From: Candidatus Saccharimonadota bacterium
GTDB taxonomy: Bacteria; Patescibacteriota; Gracilibacteria; BD1-5; UBA2023
Direction of reading: 5' to 3'
Length of the DNA: 32,000 nucleotides
Assembly (NCBI GenBank): GCA_042852035.1
Contig: BAAFHK010000002.1
Coordinates: 180,001-212,000 of the forward strand
The translations under genes and the position numbers were made by a program. Below, piece by piece: positions 30,545 through 32,000 of the stretch. Position 1 is the first letter of the stretch; each line of letters begins with the position of its first letter. Below the pieces are notes generated by a model. It had not been told where the DNA came from. It made no database searches and worked only from the letters and a program-made list of their open reading frames with translations.

Positions 30545-31765
30545 ATGAAAAATCTCTACGTCATTGATGCTTATAACCTTATCTATCGGATGTTTTATGC
30601 TATCCCAGAAATGCATACCCGAGATGGCCAAGTGGTTAATGCTGTCTTTGGAGTAGTAAAGTTTATAAAATCCCTTACTGAAATGAGTCCTGATGATGCT
30701 ATTATTATTGCATCAGAGAGTGGATCAAATTTTCGGGAAGCCCTGTTTGCTGATTATAAGGGTACTCGAGACCGTATGCCCGATAATCTTCGATCCCAAA
30801 TAGACCCAATCTTTCAATTCTTTAAAAGCGCGGGGATTCCTATTCTTGTGAAAGAAGGATATGAAGCTGATGATATTATTGGATCAATTACCCATGACCC
30901 TGATGGGTATAATGAGATTATTATCATCTCATCGGATAAAGATTTATGTCAATTTGTAAAAGATGGAAGAGTTCGAATATTTGATGCAATGAAGCAAAAA
31001 AATATGCGACGAGCAGATGTAATAGAGAAATTTGGCGTTCCTCCAGAACAAGTAAAAGATTATCTCGCTATCGTAGGAGATAGCTCTGATAATATTCCCG
31101 GTATGAGTTGATTTGGTCCAAAAAAGGCTGTGGAACTTCTTACAAAATATAATACTCTACGGGGTATATATGAGGCCATAGGATTAATGAACTATGAGCT
31201 CTGAAAAGAATCTCCTCTCGATCAGGAGAAATATACATGAAATGAGCTTACAGAAAAGACAAAACAATGACTTCTTGAAAATATTGAGAATGCTATTCTT
31301 TCAGAGAAGCTTGCAAATATCGTAACAGATCTCGATATCCCTCTTGAAGCAATCCATGGAAGTGATTCTCGTAGTATTTTTACAAATTCTCTTGTGATTG
31401 ATTTCCTCAAGAAATATGAGTTTAAGTCACTTATTCCTCCCGAGTATCGGGAGGCTCGAAAAGAGATTCAGAAGCCCAAACCTATAAGAATTCAGAGCTC
31501 TACTGAACTTGAGGAGTTAGGGAGGAGAGTAGATGAAAACAAAAAGGTCTACCTTGCTACAAGCCCTGAAGGAAATGTTATGATATCGATAGATGAAGAT
31601 GTATATATCATATCTATGGATTATATTGATGGAATTGATTTTTTTGAGAGACTCTTTTCGTCAGATTGTACGATTGTTGGTTATGACCTTAAGGAAGATA
31701 TAAAACGGATTATGAAGCAAAAAAATACCCTCGATGGAATCGAGGGGCAGGGGAGGTTGTTTTAG
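30545..31765 (+). CDS. Pol I-type 5'-3' exonuclease (FEN-like) with a vestigial 3'-5'-exo-like C-terminal region and no polymerase domain, 406 aa
   Basis: Joins track ORFs 30545-31111 and 31394-31765. 'VIDAYNLIYRMFYA', 'YKGTRD', 'GYEADDIIGS' and 'GDSSDNIPGMS[G]FGPKKAVELL'. TAG at 31763-31765 overlaps the stop of a convergent gene. Confidence 0.8.
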
Positions 31766-32000
31766 GCTGATTGGATTCGGAGTACTTTTCCATTTTTTGC
31801 TCGTCATTCTCCAAGAAGATCATATTTTTCAATTCTTGGTGGTATTCCGCCATTTGGATAGCTTACTACTTCGACGATTCAATTAATTGGTCTTGAGAGG
31901 GCAATCACGCTATGAGTTCTTCCACGACCAAACTCTCATCCTTCCATGTGATCTACCATGATGTGATTACCTGGTTGTATTACGCTGATTTGATCTAGAG
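31762..32000 (-). CDS. 3' end of an unidentified CDS (last 78 codons); the rest is outside the window
   Basis: The minus-strand frame is open from the window edge to TAA (complement of 31762-31764). '...VIQPGNHIMVDHME[G]GEFGRGRTHSVIALSRPIN[G]IVEVVSYPNGGIPPRIEKYDLLGE[G]RAKNGKVLRIQSA'. Family not recognised. Confidence 0.5.

Noticed and set aside
1-32000. Reading the fragmented ORFs as widespread pseudogenisation, or as the TGA=Trp code (table 4, Mollicutes-like)
   Set aside because: The fragments always continue in the same frame with no frameshifts, and motifs downstream of each TGA are intact. TGA aligns to invariant Gly, and TGG encodes Trp immediately beside TGA in 'GWGDIGYNF'.
1-32000. 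A search for CRISPR repeats, tRNA/rRNA genes, transposase or integrase genes, and DGR reverse transcriptase
   Set aside because: No intergenic gap exceeds about 135 bp. I saw no spaced direct repeats, cloverleaf-capable segments, or RT, transposase or integrase motifs in any frame. A tRNA-Gly(UCA) must exist elsewhere in the genome.

Overview
AT-rich, very gene-dense chromosomal window. I call 32 CDS. I recognised no rRNA, tRNA, CRISPR array, IS element or integrase. The window only makes sense under genetic code 25 (TGA = Gly), which points to a Gracilibacteria / Absconditabacteria (SR1)-type Patescibacteria (CPR) genome. The supplied standard-code ORF track is therefore fragmented. Most real genes are several track ORFs in one frame joined through in-frame TGA. 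All 32 genes end in TAA or TAG. Several long track ORFs (e.g. 21305-21742, 22214-22528, 12661-13345) are antisense artefacts. Hand re-translation gives, left to right: pepF (partial); a CHAP hydrolase; a FemAB/GNAT-like protein; PMM/PGM; a hypothetical protein; ruvC; a polytopic membrane protein with a TGA-encoded His/Gly tail; a bPH membrane protein; a 2xHKD phospholipase-D-family lipoprotein; and a 784-aa anchored orphan. On the minus strand follow mscL, then holA, a tandem-FKBP lipoprotein and trmD. Next come a small trypsin-fold lipoprotein and a minus-strand pair made of a coiled-coil anchored protein plus a 796-aa polytopic protein, which resembles TrbJ/TrbL (VirB5/VirB6, TcpH). Divergent from that pair is a 771-aa Amidase_2 + SpoIID fusion, followed by dcd. 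A minus-strand pair of a class I SAM methyltransferase and a 961-aa alpha-helical orphan is invisible in the ORF track (about 65 in-frame TGA). The window ends with a co-directional nucleotide block: CYTH, NDT-like, TauE, thyA, EamA, HAD, tmk, NUDIX, HIT and a Pol I-type 5'-nuclease lacking a polymerase domain. The best candidates for undescribed biology are the ATPase-less TrbJ/TrbL-like module with its divergent wall-hydrolase fusion, and the methyltransferase + 961-aa orphan pair. All translations were done by hand, so start codons and family calls for orphans are provisional.
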